A stretch of 64,000 bases of DNA from Candidatus Oxydemutatoraceae bacterium (GTDB lineage Bacteria; Pseudomonadota; Gammaproteobacteria; Poriferisulfidales; Oxydemutatoraceae), in NCBI GenBank assembly GCA_965218975.1, contig OZ244717.1, positions 1,248,001 to 1,312,000 on the forward strand, read 5' to 3'. Position numbers and translations under genes: made by a program. Of the stretch, positions 60,837 to 64,000 are shown piece after piece. Each line of letters opens with the position of its first letter. The first letter of the stretch is position 1. The notes below the pieces were generated by a model. That model was not told the origin of the DNA, searched no databases, and worked only from the letters and a program-made list of their open reading frames with translations.

Positions 60837-62201
60837 ATGGTAGGGATACAAGAAAACGATAGGTATTTGATCGTTGGTTTGGGAAAAACCGGGCTCTCGA
60901 TCGCACGTTTTTTGAGCCGGAAAAACATTCCGTTTTTTGCGACAGATAGTCGTGAAGCGCCGGTTGGATACGAAGAGTTTAGGCGCGATTTTCCCGACAT
61001 TAAAGTTAGGCTCGGCGAATTTCACAGAGAGGATTTTTTATCGGCTAAGAGCATCGTGTTAAGTCCTGGAGTGCCGTTATCTACCTCAGCGGTGCAAGAT
61101 GCGATACGCAGCAGTGTGCCGATTATCAGTGACATTGAGCTTTTTGCGAATCATGTCGTTGCAAAGAAATCTGTAATTGCCATAACCGGCACGAACGGAA
61201 AAAGTACGGTTACGACATTGGTCGCAGAGATGTTAACGCAAGTCGGATTTACGGTCGCTAAAGGCGGAAATCTAAGTCCGCCGGCATTGGATTTGATTAC
61301 TTCAAAAGCGCCGGTTGATTTTTATGTGTTGGAGCTATCCAGTTTTCAGCTAGAGACTACGTCATCACTGAATCTTGCGGCGTCCGTGATATTGAATGTC
61401 AGTGAAGATCATTTTGATCGTTATTCCGATTTAGAGGAGTACATCAATGCTAAGCAACGGATACATCGTCACAGTCAAGCAGTAGTAGTAAACCGGGAAG
61501 AGAAGTTCAAAGTTATTGCCGACGTTTCTAAAGTCATCAGTTTTGGTTTGGATAAGGGCAAAGGCCGTCATTTCGGAATAGTTCGAATACAAGGACACGA
61601 TTGGATTGCTCAAAACGAAACACCCTGGGTCGCTTGTAAGGAATTGTCCAATCTGCCCGGCGTTTCCGGAGTATTAAATGCGCAAGCGGCGCTTGCGCTC
61701 GGGCATGCGGTCGGTTTACCGCAAGCAGCGATGCTTAAAACACTGAAGACATTTAAAAGTTTGCCGCATCGTCTGCAATCGTTGGGATTGATAAAAGGAA
61801 TCGAGTGGATTAACGATTCTAAAGCCACTAATGTCGGCGCAACATGCGCCGCACTCGCAACGGTTGATAAACCGTATATATGGATAGCCGGTGGTGACGC
61901 AAAAGGCGCTGATTTTGCTCCTTTAATGAATCGGTTTGACGGCAAACTAAAATTCGCCTTGTTAATAGGGTGCGATGCCAAACATATTGCCGGTGCGTTC
62001 CGATCATTATCATCACCGCCGCCATTTAGAATAGTTCCGGATTTGGGTACTGCGGTACAAAATGCGATGGCGTATGCCACTTCGGGGGATTGCATTTTGC
62101 TCTCGCCCGCCTGTTCAAGCTTGGATTGTTACGGTAGTTATATCGAACGCGGCAATCATTTTATACAACTGTTTCAGGAACAAACATGCACGACTGGTTA
62201 A
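60837..62201 (+). CDS. murD: UDP-MurNAc-L-Ala:D-Glu ligase
   Basis: GLGKTGLS, TGTNGKSTV, ELSSFQLE, NDSKATN, LSPAC; ATG 60837 preferred. Confidence 0.96.
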   Translation: MVGIQENDRYLIVGLGKTGLSIARFLSRKNIPFFATDSREAPVGYEEFRRDFPDIKVRLGEFHREDFLSAKSIVLSPGVPLSTSAVQDAIRSSVPIISDIELFANHVVAKKSVIAITGTNGKSTVTTLVAEMLTQVGFTVAKGGNLSPPALDLITSKAPVDFYVLELSSFQLETTSSLNLAASVILNVSEDHFDRYSDLEEYINAKQRIHRHSQAVVVNREEKFKVIADVSKVISFGLDKGKGRHFGIVRIQGHDWIAQNETPWVACKELSNLPGVSGVLNAQAALALGHAVGLPQAAMLKTLKTFKSLPHRLQSLGLIKGIEWINDSKATNVGATCAALATVDKPYIWIAGGDAKGADFAPLMNRFDGKLKFALLIGCDAKHIAGAFRSLSSPPPFRIVPDLGTAVQNAMAYATSGDCILLSPACSSLDCYGSYIERGNHFIQLFQEQTCTTG

Positions 62202-63370
62202 GCCGCAATCATAAAACAATTGGTAGTATCTGGGTGGATATACCGTACTTGCTTGTGTTCGCTTGTTTATGTTTGTTTGGTTTATTAATAGTCACTTCGG
62301 CATCGCTGGAGTTAGCGGATAAGCAATACGGTAATAATCTGCACTTTGTTGTCCGTCATGCAATTTACTTGACAATTGCGGCGTTGATGGCGGTATTTAT
62401 TTATTTTATCCCGAGTCAGTTTTGGTTCAAACATCTTGACAAAATGTTCATTATGACGGGGGCGTTGTTGATATTAGTGCTGGTTTTAGGCCCGGAAATA
62501 AATAGCAGTCGCCGTTGGTTGTCATGGGGGTCTTTCTCTATGCAGCCGTCGGAAGTAGCAAAGCTTGTAATGATCTTGTTTGTTGCGAATTACATTGCTC
62601 GACGAGGCATTGAGCTGTATTCAACTTTTACAGGATTGTTGAAACCAATAGGGGTTGCTTCAATCTTGGCATTGCTGCTTTTACTGGAGCCGGACTACGG
62701 TGCTACAGCGATTATTTTTGCCATTATTACAGTCATGTTATTTCTTGCCGGCGCCAATCTATGGCGGTTCATTCTATATTTGCTAAGTTGTGCCGGTATG
62801 TTGAGCCTTTTGATTTGGGTGAAGCCTTATCGTTTGGCGCGAGTCAGCGCTTTTCTGAATCCATGGGGTAGTTCTGAGAACGAAGGTTATCAACTCACGC
62901 AATCGTTAATTGCTATCGGTCGGGGATCATGGTTTGGTCAAGGTTTAGGCGATAGCATTCAAAAGCAGTTCTATCTGCCGGAAGCACACACCGATTTTAT
63001 CTTTTCAGTAATAGCTGAGGAGCTTGGTTTTATCGGAGTTCTCGTAATTACTGTCTGTTACTTGATAATTATTTGCCGGTGCTTTGCGATTGCGCGGCAT
63101 GCTGATCGACAAAATATGTTGGCAAACGCGTACGTCGCCTATGGTGTTGGAATTTGGATTGGCTTGCAGGCGTTTATTAACATTGCCGTCACAATGGGAG
63201 TCTTGCCGACCAAAGGAGTTACTCTGCCGTTGATCAGTACCGGTGGAAGCAGTCTGGTAGTTTCATTTGCCGCATTTGCATTAACGCAGCGTATTCATTA
63301 TGAATCATGTTGTGCCGATCCTGTAATCATGCGTCATCATCAACAGGAGAAGCGTGATGTCCAAGCTTAA
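62186..63370 (+). CDS. ftsW: Peptidoglycan glycosyltransferase FtsW
   Basis: RW, QPSE.AK, EPDYG, LPEAHTDFIF, PTKG.TLP..S.GGSS. Confidence 0.96.
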   Translation: MHDWLSRNHKTIGSIWVDIPYLLVFACLCLFGLLIVTSASLELADKQYGNNLHFVVRHAIYLTIAALMAVFIYFIPSQFWFKHLDKMFIMTGALLILVLVLGPEINSSRRWLSWGSFSMQPSEVAKLVMILFVANYIARRGIELYSTFTGLLKPIGVASILALLLLLEPDYGATAIIFAIITVMLFLAGANLWRFILYLLSCAGMLSLLIWVKPYRLARVSAFLNPWGSSENEGYQLTQSLIAIGRGSWFGQGLGDSIQKQFYLPEAHTDFIFSVIAEELGFIGVLVITVCYLIIICRCFAIARHADRQNMLANAYVAYGVGIWIGLQAFINIAVTMGVLPTKGVTLPLISTGGSSLVVSFAAFALTQRIHYESCCADPVIMRHHQQEKRDVQA

Positions 63371-64000
63371 GCCTTTGATTATGATTAGTACAGGCGGAAC
63401 TGGCGGGCATGTTTTGTCGGGTCTGGCAGTTGCGAAGTGTTTAACGGATCAATCGGCTGAAGTTGTTTGGGTGGGAACGGAAGTCGGATTAGAAGCAACG
63501 CTTGTTCCTGCTGCCGGGATACCGTTCGAAACGTTAAAGATACAAGGGTTTCGCGGTAAACATTGGTCATCATTGTTCCTGCTGCCGTACCGGTTGAGTT
63601 TCGCGCTTCTGAGAGCGATGTATCTGATATATAAATATAAACCGAATTTAGTTTTGAATATGGGCGGGTTTGTTGCCGCCCCTGCAGGTTTGATTGCTGC
63701 CGCATTCGGAGTTCCGCTAGTTATCCACGAACAAAATACGATTGCCGGAATTACCAACCGGTGGTTAGCGCGATTCGGTCAACGTATTTTGCTTGGTTTC
63801 CCGAAAACATTTGTTTCACAGTCTAAGAATCAACCAGCTAAACAATATGCCGGCGAATATGTCGGTAACCCGGTTCGTGAAGAAATCAGCGCCTTGTCGA
63901 AACCCCAAATACGTTTATCCGATCGTAGTGGCGCGATACGTTTATTGGTGATCGGCGGAAGCCAAGGGTCTGCAACATTCAATCGGGTGGTTCCCGCGGC
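63357..64000 (+). CDS. murG: MurG glycosyltransferase, 3' truncated by window edge (not in ORF track)
   Basis: Hand translation MSKLKPLIMISTGGTGGHV...HEQN...GNPVR...GGSQG. Confidence 0.95.
   Translation, partial: MSKLKPLIMISTGGTGGHVLSGLAVAKCLTDQSAEVVWVGTEVGLEATLVPAAGIPFETLKIQGFRGKHWSSLFLLPYRLSFALLRAMYLIYKYKPNLVLNMGGFVAAPAGLIAAAFGVPLVIHEQNTIAGITNRWLARFGQRILLGFPKTFVSQSKNQPAKQYAGEYVGNPVREEISALSKPQIRLSDRSGAIRLLVIGGSQGSATFNRVVPA

Overview
Gammaproteobacterial chromosome segment with three parts. (1) Core genes: an acyl-CoA synthetase/Liv-type ABC cluster, rraA, leuA-udg-rimI-MFS, a lone addB-like gene, fdxA, rlmE-ftsH-glmM-tpiA-secG-tRNA-Leu-tRNA-fMet, then rimP-nusA-infB-rbfA, rnpB and the dcw cluster (mraZ to partial murG). 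(2) A ~24.5 kb integrase-less defence-type island (~23230-47674) between tRNA-fMet and rimP. It carries a PLD-SNF2 helicase plus type IIG-like methyltransferase, a DUF5131/TcmP pair, a DUF2235 hydrolase, a protealysin remnant with emfourin, a TIR-Nmad2-MazG-UDG operon with in-frame stops, an orphan MTase and a YhaO/YhaN pair. (3) A decayed IS481-like family (TGT...ACA ends, one clear 5-bp target duplication). Its right ends repeatedly lie 5-6 bp from a TTGC/TTGT motif, often a sigma70 -35 box, and eight copies of a hairpin-rich repeat with a fixed 3' end are nested inside it. Short palindromic elements also appear inserted in frame in the restriction-modification genes. Family calls come from motif recognition by eye; no database searches were run.
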